From Camelus dromedarius (lineage: Eukaryota), in assembly GCF_036321535.1 (NCBI RefSeq), contig NC_087447.1, forward strand, positions 34,474,001 through 34,538,000: 64,000 nt of DNA, read 5' to 3'. This document shows positions 12,533 to 24,500 of this stretch, one piece after another. Position 1 is the stretch's first letter; each line of letters opens with the position of its first letter. The translations under genes and the position numbers were made by a program. Below the pieces are notes generated by a model, which searched no databases, was not told the DNA's origin, and saw nothing but the letters and a program-made list of their open reading frames with translations.

Positions 12533-12999
12533 CTGGCTGTCCAAGCCTTCTATTCACCTGTCACAAACCCCCGCGGCTGTAGGAAGGCAGTTTGGGGATC
12601 TGTCATCCCTTGATGGATGACACCACCCCATGCTTCCTGACTGTAACTGCAACCTCTCCTGTTCTGTTTGGGTCCAACTTTAGCCAGGCCTTGCCATATT
12701 CACTGCTCAGAGGAAAGCATCCCACCTGAAGCTTGAGTTGAAGTGCCTCTAGACCCCCAGAGGAGAATGGATAGCCGGGGGGTAGGGGATGTCCCTCTTC
12801 AAGCCATCAGCAGATGTGAAACTCCCAAAACCCCTGGTTTTCTCATCCTGAGCCCAGCATACTGTCAATTGCCCAAGAATTGCACAGACAGCATTTAATC
12901 AGAGGCAGCTGTACTTTAGCAAGAGAAGTGTATGCAGCAGCTAAAAAAATCAAACATACAAACACAACATTCAGCTTACTCATCATTAGCCATAGACTG

Positions 13000-13200
13000 T
13001 AATAGGTAGGAGGCTGGGCTCTTGGAAAGACAGACCTGGGTTTGAATTCTGGCTCCATCATTTACTGGCTGTGTGACCTTGGACCAGTCTCCTAACCTCT
13101 CTGGGCTTCAATGTCTTCATCTGCAAAATGGCTATACTAACAGCAACTCTCTCACAGAATTAACATGAAGATTAAATGATAGGATATCTGAGAGTGCAAG
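13000..13200 (+). mobile_element. MIR SINE
   Basis: cagacctgggtttgaattctggctccatcatttactggctgtgtgaccttggaccagtctcctaacctctctgggcttc. Confidence 0.9.
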
Positions 13201-13204
13201 TGAT

Positions 13205-14195
13205 CAAAGAAGTCTGAACATACTTAGTCCGTGTGCTTATTTAATTTTAAAGTTCTCTGATTATTTTACATTTTAGATGTAATCCATGTCTATTACATAA
13301 AATTTGAAAAGAAAGACAGAAAGAGTCTGATGCAAGGTTTTAAATCAGGGTCCATTAATCCCCTTAAGGGCCGGTAAGAAGTTCATAGGGTCCCTGAACT
13401 TGAATGGGAAAAATGACATATTTATTTCATCAGGTTTTAACTAAAATACAGTGTTTCCATCCACTATGAATACAGGCATCAAATCACAGTAGTTTTAGCT
13501 GTAGGACTAGCAACTTTGTCACTGACAGGAATCTCAGACATTCTATCACATTTTAGTTTTTGCAGGTATTTTGAAATAGTATTTGCATTCATCACCCCTT
13601 CTTAGGTATAGTAGTTATTCAGCCTCCTGCTAGATAATCCCTGTTATTTAAGGCGTTAAAAAGAAGCAATACATTACCACATTGCAAATTTGTTTTAATA
13701 TTTTGATACTTTTATTTCAACATCATTGGTTTCTTTTGAAATTCTATGTTTACCATTTCATGCATTAAAAACATGCTGAGAAGGGGCCCACAGGCTCATC
13801 AAACAGCCAAAAAGAATTTTTGTTCTACAAAACGGGTTAAGATCCGCCTGCTGTAGTGCCTCCACCATTCAGATTCCTTAACTGTTCATGTATTTCCTAT
13901 TGTTGCAATCAGGTTGTAAAATATAATTTTGTAGCCTGTGTTGTTAACTAACCATAAACATGTTTTCACGCTATTTCTTGCACACAGAATTTTTAATGGG
14001 GGCATAACAGTCCATTTTGTTAATGCCCCATAATTCACTCTTTCCCTATAGCTTGCCATTTAGAAATGGTTTGAATGTGTCACTTTTATAAATGACATTG
14101 GGACGAGCATCTTCCTGCATAAAAGATCTCCCATGTTTTAGATTCTTTCCTCAGGCGAGATTGCCTGCAGTGGCAGAGTGAACATTTTCAAAACT
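13205..14195 (-). mobile_element. Ancient L1ME-like 3' fragment, split by Charlie4a
   Basis: AT-rich antisense L1M 3'UTR-like text (tttttaatgggggcataacagtccatt..., ttagattctttcctcagg) on both sides of the Charlie element. Confidence 0.55.
13333..13850 (+). mobile_element. Charlie4a hAT DNA transposon (near full length)
   Basis: Colinear with the Charlie4a consensus: gaacttgaatgggaaaaatgacata...atcacagtag...actttgtcac...ctgagaaggggcccacaggctc...ggttaaga; decayed terminal inverted repeats. Confidence 0.88.
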
Positions 14196-14303
14196 CTAAC
14201 ACCCTCCCTGGCTCCTGGGGAGCTGAATGCACTGACATTCAGGATGGAGAAAGAAAGAAGGCTTTGACAGGGGAGCCTGAGGAGCCAGAAAGACAAATGT
14301 AGG

Positions 14304-14482
14304 ATGGGCCACCACGGACAGGTGTGCAGGCTGTGTCCTGCTCAAGGATGCCCAATCCAGGTGATAAGTGTGGGCTGGATTCTAGCTCATCTCTGCTACC
14401 AAGCTATGCACTCTGGCTGGGGCTGGCAGCCCACAGGAAGGCAGGTTCTCCCTAAGGCACCAAGGAGACTGAAGCAGGCCTG
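14304..14482 (+). mobile_element. MER91A-like hAT-Tip100 MITE
   Basis: gtgtgcaggctgtgtcctgctcaaggatgccc...gggctggattctagctc...ccaagctatgcactctggctggggctg. Confidence 0.75.
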
Positions 14483-14496
14483 CCGAGGAATCCACC

Positions 14497-14512
14497 ATTG
14501 CCCCCTGGTGGT
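14497..14512 (-). promoter_or_regulatory. Candidate CTCF motif
   Basis: Reverse complement ACCACCAGGGGGCAAT matches the CCACCAGGGGGC core exactly. Confidence 0.55.
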
Positions 14513-14536
14513 AGCATCTCCTTGGGGGTTCCAGGA

Positions 14537-14725
14537 TATAAAAGTAGCAAGGACCTACTGTATAGCACAGAGAATTATATTCAATTTCTTGTAATAAGCT
14601 GTAATGGAAAAGAAACAAAAAGTATACGTGTGTATGTATATGTATAACTGAATCGCTTTGCTGTACACCTGAAACTAACATTGTAAACTGACTACACTTC
14701 AATAAAAAATAAGAATAATTAAAAT
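14537..14725 (+). mobile_element. Short 3' end of a cetartiodactyl-type L1
   Basis: aaggacctactgtatagcacagagaattatattcaa...gctgtacacctgaaactaacattgtaaactgactacacttcaataaaa plus an A-rich tail. Confidence 0.9.
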
Positions 14726-14956
14726 TTTTTTAAAAATCCACACTCACAAAGAATGCTGGAAAGGAGGGACCACATTTTCAACCTGGAGTTTCTAGACCTC
14801 AAGGATCTGAGAAGGCAAAATGTGAGCTCACAAGCAAGCTTTACTTCCAAAACATCTAATAAAAATTAACACATGCCCTCAATAAGGGCTTCCCCGTACA
14901 ACTGCTATAGGTTGAAGGTCATTCCTGTCTTCTGCTCCTTAGGGGCACATGGTTAC

Positions 14957-15358
14957 TGCAGTGGCTGTTGCAGTGTGCTGCCCAGATCCCTCTTCAGGAC
15001 AGGGTCCCTCACTCCCCCAGGTCTAGGGGTGTCCGCTGCTGTTCATGGCTCAGTCCCTCCCCAGGAACCACACTGAAGGGAGCTGCCTTGCCCAAGGTGC
15101 TGGTCCCTGCCCGAAGGATGTGGGGTACTCAGGCCTGAGCCCTCACCCAACGGAGACAACTTTGCAGCTCATCCCAACTTCAGTGCTGCCAGGAGATGGA
15201 CTAAGGCCTCTGTTGTGAATGCATGGAAGTCCCACTTCTCCATCTGCCCTCCTCCCACTTCCCTCTCACCCTCCAAGATGGCTTCTCAGAGCACCCCCAA
15301 CTTCCTGAATATTCATCTTGTCTCAGAATCCACTTCTCAGGGAACCCAATCTGAGATA
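14957..15358 (+). mobile_element. LTR16A-like ERVL solo LTR with 5-bp TSD
   Basis: Begins tgcagtggctgttgcagtgtgctgcccagatccctcttcaggac and ends gggaacccaatctgagata. GTTAC flanks both sides (14952-14956, 15359-15363). Confidence 0.85.
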
Positions 15359-15499
15359 GTTACATATCTTTGTCTAATAGAAAGTGAGAGGAGTAAATTA
15401 TCACAATATACATTGGGAGATAAAAAAATGGTTTTCAAAACATGGTGTCCATGACGTAGGACTCCATTTTCAAAAAAGACCTTTGCTGGTTAAAACAAC

Positions 15500-15990
15500 A
15501 ACATCTAACCCTGATCCTCACCTACCTCCCTTGTTTTATGGATGAGAAAAGAATCCCAGAGGACAAGTGACTTGGAAGTCACACAGCCTATAAATCTCAG
15601 GCCTAGAGTTCAAAGTCACACTAGTAGTGTTTTCAGCCCTCAAGGCTGCCTCTCACCAGCTTTGGGTTCAGGGTAACCCATTATCCAGATAAAAGTTGAT
15701 CCTATTAGTGGGGAGAAGCAGGGCTCTGAAGCCGAGGGTCTCCTCAAAGGCGTGGGCATCTCTCCTGCCCTCATTCTAACTTCCAGAGAAAAATCCTATG
15801 CCATAAGGCAATCCTAGTGTGAGCACTGGCATCAGACGGCCTGTCCTGGCTCTGCTGCTTGCTAGCTGTGTGTCTTTTGGATAGTTTATTTGCTTCTCTG
15901 AGCCACACTTTCTTCATCTGTAAAATTAAAATTCTAATAATTTCTCAGAGTTGTTTTCTGATGAAGAGAAAAACCTATATGTAGATTTTG
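15500..15990. mobile_element. MIR fragments (about 15500-15620 minus, 15815-15990 plus)
   Basis: aagtgacttggaagtcacacagc and ctagctgtgtgtc...ctctgagccacactttcttcatctgtaaaat. Confidence 0.75.
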
Positions 15991-16236
15991 TAGCCCTCCC
16001 AGGTCCTTCAAAGGCTCTAACCCAGACTTAGTTCCCTCAGGCCACCTTTATCCTGCATTATCTCCTGAGCATAGAGCATAGTATTTCCAAGAAGAGATAA
16101 CTCTTATAGCTTTTCAGGGTGAAATTAGATCAAATGCTCTGTCCTCTTCTCCCTAGCCAGAGGGACAGAAGCCAGCTTCCCTTTCTACGGGGTACAAGGC
16201 CCTTTGAGCAGGACAGCCTGAGAACCTTGCCTGAAC

Positions 16237-16255
16237 TTGCCAGCAGAGGGCAGCA
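16237..16255 (+). promoter_or_regulatory. Candidate CTCF motif (strong)
   Basis: TTGCCAGCAGAGGGCAGCA, an exact match to CCASYAGRKGGCRS. Confidence 0.6.
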
Positions 16256-17226
16256 CCACTCTGCCAAAAGCCCAGGAGGCTATGCCGTCCACTCCCGGCC
16301 TCCACCATCTGATTATTTCACCGGCTCCCACAGAGAGCCTGGTCCTGCCTCTGAAACTCTTTCCCTGGAGCCCAGTGGCTGTGGCATGTCTCCCTAGAAA
16401 TGTAATGACCAGACTTTCAGGTCTGCAGCATCCAGGGCTGGATTCAATTGGCAAGGCCAAAGCACATTCGAATGTACTCTTCTGTTAAATATGCCAGTTT
16501 GTAGCAAACAATACAGCCTGCGGGTGGAGATTCAAACCAGACCAAGGCCACCAGCAGCCTCAGCTCACTGTTTCCTACGAATTTGACAATCTGGTGGCGA
16601 ATGACTTCGCTCAGTCATCCTGGGGGGTGGGCAAGGGGAGAGGGCAAGAGACAGATAGACTATTGTGTGTATGCACACTTTGTCTGCATTTGTGTATCCT
16701 GATGCTCTGGGTGGAGGGCACCAGGAGGGAGGATGGACGAAGCAGGGGTGGGGCCCCACACTTCCTTCCTCCTCCACAAGGAATTCGAACAAACCCTGGA
16801 GCAGAGCCCTCATATGCCCCCGATAGCCAAGAGTCCTGCTCAAGACAATGACATTAATAAAGTTGGGGGTGGGAGGGTATGTTGATTTTCCTGTATCTCA
16901 GATTCAGGAGACAGAGCAAAGGTTTTCAGGGCTTTCTAGAAAGAGGCTCTGGCTAAGGGGTCTTCCGGGTTGATGCCAGGAAATGCACTGAAAGAGGGCT
17001 GGCCCTCTCAAGAGTCCCTCGAAGCAGGGCTCTCCCAAGTGACAGGGACAGCCTCTCGTCACCAGGTGACATACTCCTGTACAAATGTGTCCACAGAGAG
17101 CATATCACACAGCCATGCTGCGGGCAGAGCCAGGGCTGCTGACCTCTGCCTTCTTTTTCATTCCACTAACGCAGTGGACAAGAAGAATTTGTGCTTACAC
17201 ATTAATTTCACTGTCTTGAGTGGAGA

Positions 17227-17254
17227 TCTCCCTCCCTCCCTCCCTCCCTCTCTC

Positions 17255-17339
<85 letters not shown>
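17227..17339. repeat. Compound microsatellite (CCCT)n(CT)n(CA)n
   Basis: Read directly from the sequence. Confidence 0.98.
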
Positions 17340-17341
<2 letters not shown>

Positions 17342-18770
17342 GCAATGTCGATGCTAAAGGAGTAAGCAAATTCTTCCACAGAGAGAACTGCTGCCCAGGA
17401 AACAGCTCCTCAGAGAAAGCTACTTTAAGGCAGAAAATCCTCCCAGTGCGCTGGCCAATGTATGCAGTTCGCCTTTTTGAGACCACAGCGCTGAAATAAT
17501 CTTTTTTTTGCCCCCCACTTTCTCTCCAAAATGCCTATCATCTCCATGAGACCGAATAATTTACGTGCTGCCTGTCCTTCAAGCCACAAAGGGGCTCCCC
17601 TGAATGCTGTTCCACGGCCTTGGGACACACAGAGCCTCATCTCGTGTCCTCTGACCCACACGGGGTCTGGCTGGGACGTCGCGCTGGCTCGGCTCCGGGT
17701 GGGGTGGGAGGGAGTGGGGCGGGGCTGCCCCTGAGCACGGCAGCCCAGGGCCCAACAGGGCAGGCTGGCTCCGAGACCCCTGGCCCCAAGCGTCCGTGAT
17801 GCTGCTGCCCTGGGGCTTCGGGGAACTGACCCAGAGACGCAGAAGAGCGTGAGAGTGAAGAGGCTGAACACCCAGTGAGTGGAAACTGTGAATTCCTCAC
17901 AGACATGACATGCACACCTCCCCGCTCCTGGCTCCATCTGTCCACGGATTCCCAGTTACCTCAGTTCTTGCTCTTCCCAGCCCCAGGGGTGGCAAAGAGG
18001 CAAAAGACAGGTGATAGGTGCCTCTCCCCACCCTCTCCGCACTGCCACCTGCCCCCACGGGCTCCCAAACTGACCAGTCTAGCTGCCCCCTCCAGGGGCC
18101 CTGGGCCACCCCAGGCTCAGCCCTGGGCCTCCACGGAATGCAGCACCTCATCAGTAATTCACAGCCTCCCCTCTGTTCCTCAGACAAAGGGAAGGGGGGT
18201 GTGCAGGCCTCAGAAGCGCAGTGCCCAGGGCTGCAGGGTCAGGCAGCTAGCTAATGTCCTCACCAAAGGAGGGGCGAGGAGGGGATGGAGAGGAGAATTA
18301 GGGACGGCAGTGGTGGGGGTGCATGGAGCAGAGAAAAGAAGGCGAGGCCAGGAAAAGGAAGGAGAATGAATCCAATCTAGAATAACAGCTCTAGAAGGCA
18401 CACGTGCTTCATGTGTGAAATGCACTATTCCGACAGAACTAAGAAACAGGTTTTTTCCCACCGCTGTTTTAGCCTCGAAATGGGAGGAAGCAGGACGCGG
18501 CTGGGTTTCACAGACTATTTCTTCACAGTTTCTTATTCTGTTTTGACAAGACATCTGCTTAAGCTACTATTCTGAACCTCGCGGTGTGGAGCCTCCGTCA
18601 GCTTTGCCAATTCCAATGTTCCGCAACATCACACAGAGGAAGCTGACAGCCCGCGCACCTGGCGGGCGGGGAGGCTGGATGGAGGGGGCTGCGGAGGTGG
18701 GCGAGGGTGAGGAGCACTTGGCGGGGTCACCTCTCAGCAAAGAGGGGTGCTGGGCCCCTCAGGTAAGTCG
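17340..18770. promoter_or_regulatory. Repeat-free, locally CpG-retaining candidate enhancer or alternative promoter
   Basis: CCAAT (17455), TACGTG (17562), GC box GGGGCGGGG (17716-17724), E-box CACGTG (about 18402), CpG clusters at 17620-17850 and 18480-18730. Confidence 0.4.
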
Positions 18771-18999
18771 CTTGACCTCTCTGAGCCCCAGCCTGGCCTC
18801 TGACCCCCTCCTCGTGGAAGAGAACACATGGTCCTTCCCCTTGGGGTATTTATAGTCTAGAACTTGATCTCAATTACGAATCAGCCTGCTAACCCGCAAG
18901 CACTCTAGTATAGGATGCAGAAAAAAAGGTGACAGGAATGGGCTGGATTAGTTCCCCAGAGAAGAGGCAGGGCCAAGTGGGAAGGGATGGGCTTGGCCA

Positions 19000-19310
19000 T
19001 TGTCACTCATTAGGCAAATATTTACAGAGCGCCTGTCCTGGGCCAGGCCTTGAAGCCACAGCAGTGAGCGCCAGACCCAGTCGCTGATCTTGTGTAGCTC
19101 ACCGTCTGGGGAGTAGCAGTCTCCGCTCAGGTTCCCGTGCGCCTGCCCTTGGGCAAATCACCTGACCTCTGTGGGCCTCAGTTTCCTCATCTATGAAACA
19201 GATGTTGTTCATCCCAAACTCATGGGCTTATTGGAAGGATTTAGTGATGCTTTAGGTATGAGGGCTTAAGCACAGGGCCTGCATTCAGTAAGTGCTTAAT
19301 AAATGTGCCT
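19000..19310. mobile_element. L2 tail fragment (minus) and MIR (plus)
   Basis: cactcattaggcaaatatttacagagcgcctg; ccttgggcaaatcacctgacctctgtgggcctcagtttcctcatctatgaaa. Confidence 0.8.
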
Positions 19311-19649
19311 CCTTCTCTTTCCTTATTAGAAGACAGGGGCTTTAACGGGCTCTGGAAGGAAATTCAGAGTTTCTCAGGCAGCGATTTTCTTTATCAAATG
19401 AGCATCGGGAATGGCTTTATTCCTCCCTTCCTTCAAATTTTGTCCTGTCAAAGTCCCCTGCCTCAACCCTAGGCAGTATCTCCAGCAGGTCACAGAGCTT
19501 TTCTGGTTGCCTTTGGGCATTGGAACAATCTCATTTTCAGATATCACCAGTCCAGTGCAATCTAACTCAAAGTCTGGCTCTCTTTTCCAGCTCCACATGT
19601 GTCCTCTCTCCCTGGCCGAGGTGTGAGTGAAGTGGCGCCACAGACCAGC

Positions 19650-19667
19650 GGGGGGGGGGGGGGGGGG
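19650..19667. repeat. G18 homopolymer
   Basis: Read directly from the sequence. Confidence 0.95.
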
Positions 19668-20539
19668 ACAACTGATTTCCTTTCCTTTCCATCTCCTCTC
19701 CACTTGCTTTCCTGTTTCCAGCCCCTCTGGAGCTAGGGGAGGAGGATGGGAGGCTATGGGGAAAGGGCAGATTCAGATGGGACTGATGTTAACAGTTATC
19801 TGTGGTGCCCCTGGTGGGCAGATGACCTAATGCTCATGGGGGCATTTTGGGTTCTTAGGGGATGTCCACTGGGGCCTCCACATTGTATTATTCATGACTC
19901 AGGGAAGCCCTGTGGGGCACCCTCTCCTTCCTCCTCCCCGGAGCCGGACTCTGCCCCCGGCACAGCATCCCCATGTAATTCTGCCACTGGAGTCCCCTCA
20001 TTCTGGCAGGCAGCCCTCTGGGGTGGGGTCCTCTTAAGATGGCTCAGTCTGTTACCTGCCACGCTGTCAACTGCCATATACTATTGGCAGAAAAGTCATG
20101 CTCTCACGGTACCTGCCCTCCTTTCTCTGTAGTCAGGGCCCTCTCTTCCATCCAGGGTCTCAGGTGAACCCACAAGCTCCCAGGGAGATTTGCCCTTCAA
20201 TCCCAAGAGATAGCACAAGGTGAAGAAGGGGATAACATCCGTTTCCATACAGACTAGCAAGCATCCCGCTAGGAAGAATATCCCAGTCTCCCTTCTTGAA
20301 GGCAGCCTCGGTCATCTCTCTAAGTGGTTCCAAAGGGTCTCCCTTCTTACCTACCCCCAGGCTTCCTTTATTCACTCTGGAAGTAGGAGCCCCATGACTG
20401 GTCTTGGTCAGTTCATTGAGAATGACACAGCCCTATCCTCAGAAAGAGTGAAACCTAACAACAGAAAATGTTGTTAAAAGATGTTAGAGGAAGCAGTGTG
20501 GGAGTAAGATACTGACATGCATAAGGAAGGTTCTCCCAT

Positions 20540-20631
20540 CAGGGCTTCTGCATTACACAACTGGAAGGAGCAGCGGTCAGACTGCAGTGTGAATGATGTC
20601 TCTCTGGGGTTGTGCCATATGGCAGACTTGC
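20540..20631. mobile_element. MER91B-like palindromic MITE remnant
   Basis: cagggc...cattacacaactgg...gtgaatgatgtctctctggggttgtgcca. Confidence 0.55.
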
Positions 20632-21249
20632 CCTAAAGATACTTTGGGTTAGCTACTCTACCAGCCAACCATCCGTGCAGATCCATCCCCAAGCTTCCTC
20701 TGCTGATGTGAGGATCTGGCTGCACACATGAACCCACTCACGGCTACCACCTCCAAATGCTGACCTCGCATTGCCTGATTCATCTCTCACAAGACCTTTG
20801 CACCCAGAGGCAATGGAAGACATGGGAAACCACACATCCCAACTTTTGTGCCACAATGTTAACATCTCGGGAGCATCAGCCAAACCCCAAGACAATAAGA
20901 AATGATCCTTTTGATTTCCTATCACATACAGAAAGGGGAGAGTGGCTTTTAGTCCCAAAGGCTGAGACATTCATCTGCTTAGGGGCTCAGATGACGCCCA
21001 AGGCCCTTCTCACTCAGAGAAGCAGCGATCTGAAAGAGATGCGGTCTCATCTTTCTTGTCTGTAACCCCAGCTCAGATAAAAAAGGACATGCAAGAAATC
21101 AGTGACCTCTGCTTAATACAAATTACCTCATCTTTGAGCGGCTTATATGTTTAAACACTCACCTTTAAAATGTTCTGAAATTTTCTACTGCTTGTGGTTG
21201 GCAACACACTGGTGAAGGACACACTCTTTGGTGAGGGAGGCCAACTGTA

Positions 21250-21790
21250 GACCCAGACAACACGGGTTCATAAATCCTCACTCTCCTACCATCACTGTGG
21301 TCCTGGGTGAATGACTTGACACCTGTCTGCCTCAGTTACTGCAGCTGCAAAATGGAGACAAGAACAGGTCCTCCCTCCGAGGGCACAAGAGTGATGTCAC
21401 TAAGAATCAGTCCTGGTTCACAGTCTGTGCTGCAGAATGTGTGCCGTTGGGAGTGAACGGTGGTAACTGAACCCCTTGTCATCTGATTCCCTTTAATCGC
21501 TCACATCTTTGCTGTTTCAGGATTTCCCTTTGTTGGGCCCTTTCCCTAAGTTTCATTCCTTTCTGCACCTCCGTGAACTTCTCTTTGGAGATACCCATTC
21601 CCAACAGCCATGAAATTGTCAATAACTGACACCACAACTAACCTCAACCTGAGAACCCAGAGAGGAACAGTCAGGCGCCCTGAGTCTGAAGCCAATCCCA
21701 TTCCTCACTAGCTGGGTGATTTGCAGCAGGTTCTTCCACCTCTTAGCCTGGACTTTCCCCATTTGTAAATCAGGGATGATGCTCACCTTT
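21250..21790 (+). mobile_element. Two MIR fragments
   Basis: gcctcagttactgcagctgcaaaatggaga; cactagctgggtgatttgcagcagg...tttccccatttgtaaa. Confidence 0.7.
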
Positions 21791-22647
21791 ACTTCTCCTT
21801 AATCCACTCTTCAAACATTTCTTGGGGGCCCATTAAGTGGCAGATGTTGAAATGTTATGATCCAGACTACAGTTGTTTCATTTTAGTTAGCAGGGAATCA
21901 GAGCCCATAAACGTCTCCAGAAGGCAGCCCGTTCCTTGGAGTGAAGGTGAATTCTCAGCCCCTTTCTAATTATTTCTACTACCCCACGATTATCATTAGC
22001 ATCATTGTGACTTCGCAAAGAGAGGATGGGCAAGTCTTAGAGCAACGGAGAGTGTGGGGTGGGGTCCTCCATCTCCTCCAACCTCTCAGCCCTCACTTTT
22101 CCTTTAGGAAATGGCCCCAAGGAAAGTGAATGTGAAAGAAAAACTCGAGAGGCCAAAAGAAGAGGTAGAGAAGGTGAAAACTGGAGCTGGAAGCCAGCAG
22201 CCTCCTCTCCATGTCTGATAAACCTGTGTGCAGAGCCAGAACACACTTCACGGACCTGCGGCCAAGGTGGGGACTGAAAAAAGCAGTGGTGGGAGAATGA
22301 AAAAACCAGCTTCCGGGGTTCGCAATAAGAAAAACCAGAAAGAATCTATTTTGGTGTCAGCAGTTTCATGTTTCCTGGTAAAGTACTGCTTTTATTTGTC
22401 ACTAAATGTGGGGGGGTGGGTGAGAGCAACCCAAGTATTTCCAGCATCTTTCAAGCTGTCCATCTGCCAGGCCTGCTTCTGGCCCTCGCTGGGCTCTGCA
22501 CAGCCTCCAGGCCTGGCTACCTTTATTAACAATTGCTTGCCAATATGGAGAGCTGGCCTCCAAAGTCACCGTAGGGCCATTAACCTCCAGGCAGCAGCAG
22601 CGCCCACCTGCCGGCCTGGGGAGGCCCTGTTAAGAGTCGGTATGCAG

Positions 22648-24500
22648 CCCAAAGTAATAAAATACCTAGGAATAAATCTAACCAACAAGGTGAAAGACTT
22701 ATACACAGAAAGCAATAAAACATTGATGAAGGAAATTAAAGAAGACTTAAAAAAATAGAAAGATATCCCATGCTCTTGGATTGGAAGAATCAATATTGTT
22801 AAAATGGCCATATTGCCCAAGGCAATCTACAGATTTAATGCAATCCCTATCAAATTACCCAGGACATATTTCACAGAACTAGAACAAATCATAATAAAAT
22901 TTATATGGAACCACAAAAGACCTAGAATTGCCAAAGCATTACTGAAGAAAAAGAAAGAGGCTGGAGAAATAACTTTCCCAGACTTCAGACAATACTATAG
23001 AGCTACAGTCATCAAAACAGCATGGTATTAGTACAAAAACAGACATATGGACCAATGGAACAGAATAGAGAGCCCAGAAATGAACCTACAAACTTTTGGT
23101 CAACTAATCTTCGACAAAGGAGGCAAGAATATACAATGGAAAAAGACAGTCTCTTCAGCAAATGGTGTTGGGAAAACTGAACAGCAGCATGTAAATCAAT
23201 GAAGCTAGAACACTCCCTTACACCATACACAAAAATAAACTCAAAATGGATCAAAGACTTAAGCATAAGACAAGATACAATAAACCTCCTAGGAGAAAAC
23301 ATAGGCAAAACATTATCTGACATACATCTCAAAAATGTTCTCCTAGGGCAGTCTGCCCAAGCAATAGAAATAAAAGCCAGAATAAACAAATGGGACCTAA
23401 TTAGACTTACAAGCTTCTGCACAGCAAAGGAAACCATAAACAAAATGACAACCTATGGAATGGGATAAAATTTTTGTAAAAGATGAAACTGACAAAGTCT
23501 TGATCTCCAGAATGTATAAGCAGCTCATATGACTTAATAAGAAAAAAACAAGCAACACAATCCAAAAATGGGCAGAAGACCTAAACAAGCAATTTTCCAA
23601 GGAAGAAATACAAATGATCAATAGGCACATGAAAAAATGCTCAATATCACTAATTATCAGAGACATGCAAATCAAAACTACAATGAGGTATCACCTCACA
23701 CCAGCCAGAATGGCCATCATTCAAAAGTCCACAAATGACAGATGCTGGAGAGGCTGTGGAGAAAAGGGAACCCTCCTACACTGTTGGTGGGAATGCAGTT
23801 TGGTGCAGCCACTGTGGAAAACAGTATGGAGATTCCTTAAAAGACTAGGAATAGACTTACCATATGACCCAGGTGAATCCTGCTCCTGGGCATATATCCA
23901 GAAGGAACCCTACTTCAAAAAGACACCTGCACCCCAATGTTCATAGCAGCACTATTTGCAATAGCCAAGACATGGAAACAGCCTAAATGTCCATCAATAG
24001 ATGACTGGATAAAGAAGAAGTGGTATATTTATACAGTGGAATACTATTCAGCCATAAAAATGACAACATAATGCCATTTGCAGCAACATGGATGTCCCTG
24101 GAGAATGTCATTCTAAGTGAAGTAAGCCAGTAAGAAAGAAAAATACCATACGAGATCGCTCATATGTGGAATCTAAAAAAAAAAAAAAAGAACATAAATA
24201 CAAAACAGAAACAGACTCATAGACATAGAATACAAATTTGTGGTTGCCAAGGAGGAGGGTGGGAAGGGACAGACTGGGAGTTCGAAATTTGTAGATACTG
24301 ACAGTCATATGCAGAATAGATAAACAAGATTATACTGTATAGCACAGGGAAATATATACAAGATCTTGTGGTAGCTCACAGCAAAAAAGAATGTGACAAT
24401 CAATATATGTATGTTCATGTATAATTGAAAAATTGTGCTCTACACTGGAAATTGACACAACATTGTAAACTGACTATAACTCAATAAAAAAAGTTAAAAA
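22648..24500 (+). mobile_element. Relatively young 5'-truncated L1 (camelid/artiodactyl type): ORF2 C-terminal half, 3'UTR and tail, with TSD
   Basis: ORF2 peptides [42 protein letters not shown] and MRYHLTP..CW..C, broken by stops and frameshifts. AATAAA plus A tail. TSD AAGAGTCGGTATGCAG (22632-22647) / AAGAGTGGGTGTGCAG (24501-24516). Confidence 0.97.

Noticed and set aside
14304..14325. REST/RE1-like CACCACGGACAG
   Set aside because: Lacks the TCAG left half and lies at the terminus of a MER91 element.
22598..22616. CTCF-like CCGGCAGGTGGGCG on the minus strand
   Set aside because: An extra G disrupts the invariant GGC of the core.
22804..23946. ORFs with clear protein similarity ([11 protein letters not shown]..., [10 protein letters not shown]..., MINRHMKKC...)
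   Set aside because: Fragments of L1 ORF2 broken by stops and frameshifts, not a host gene.
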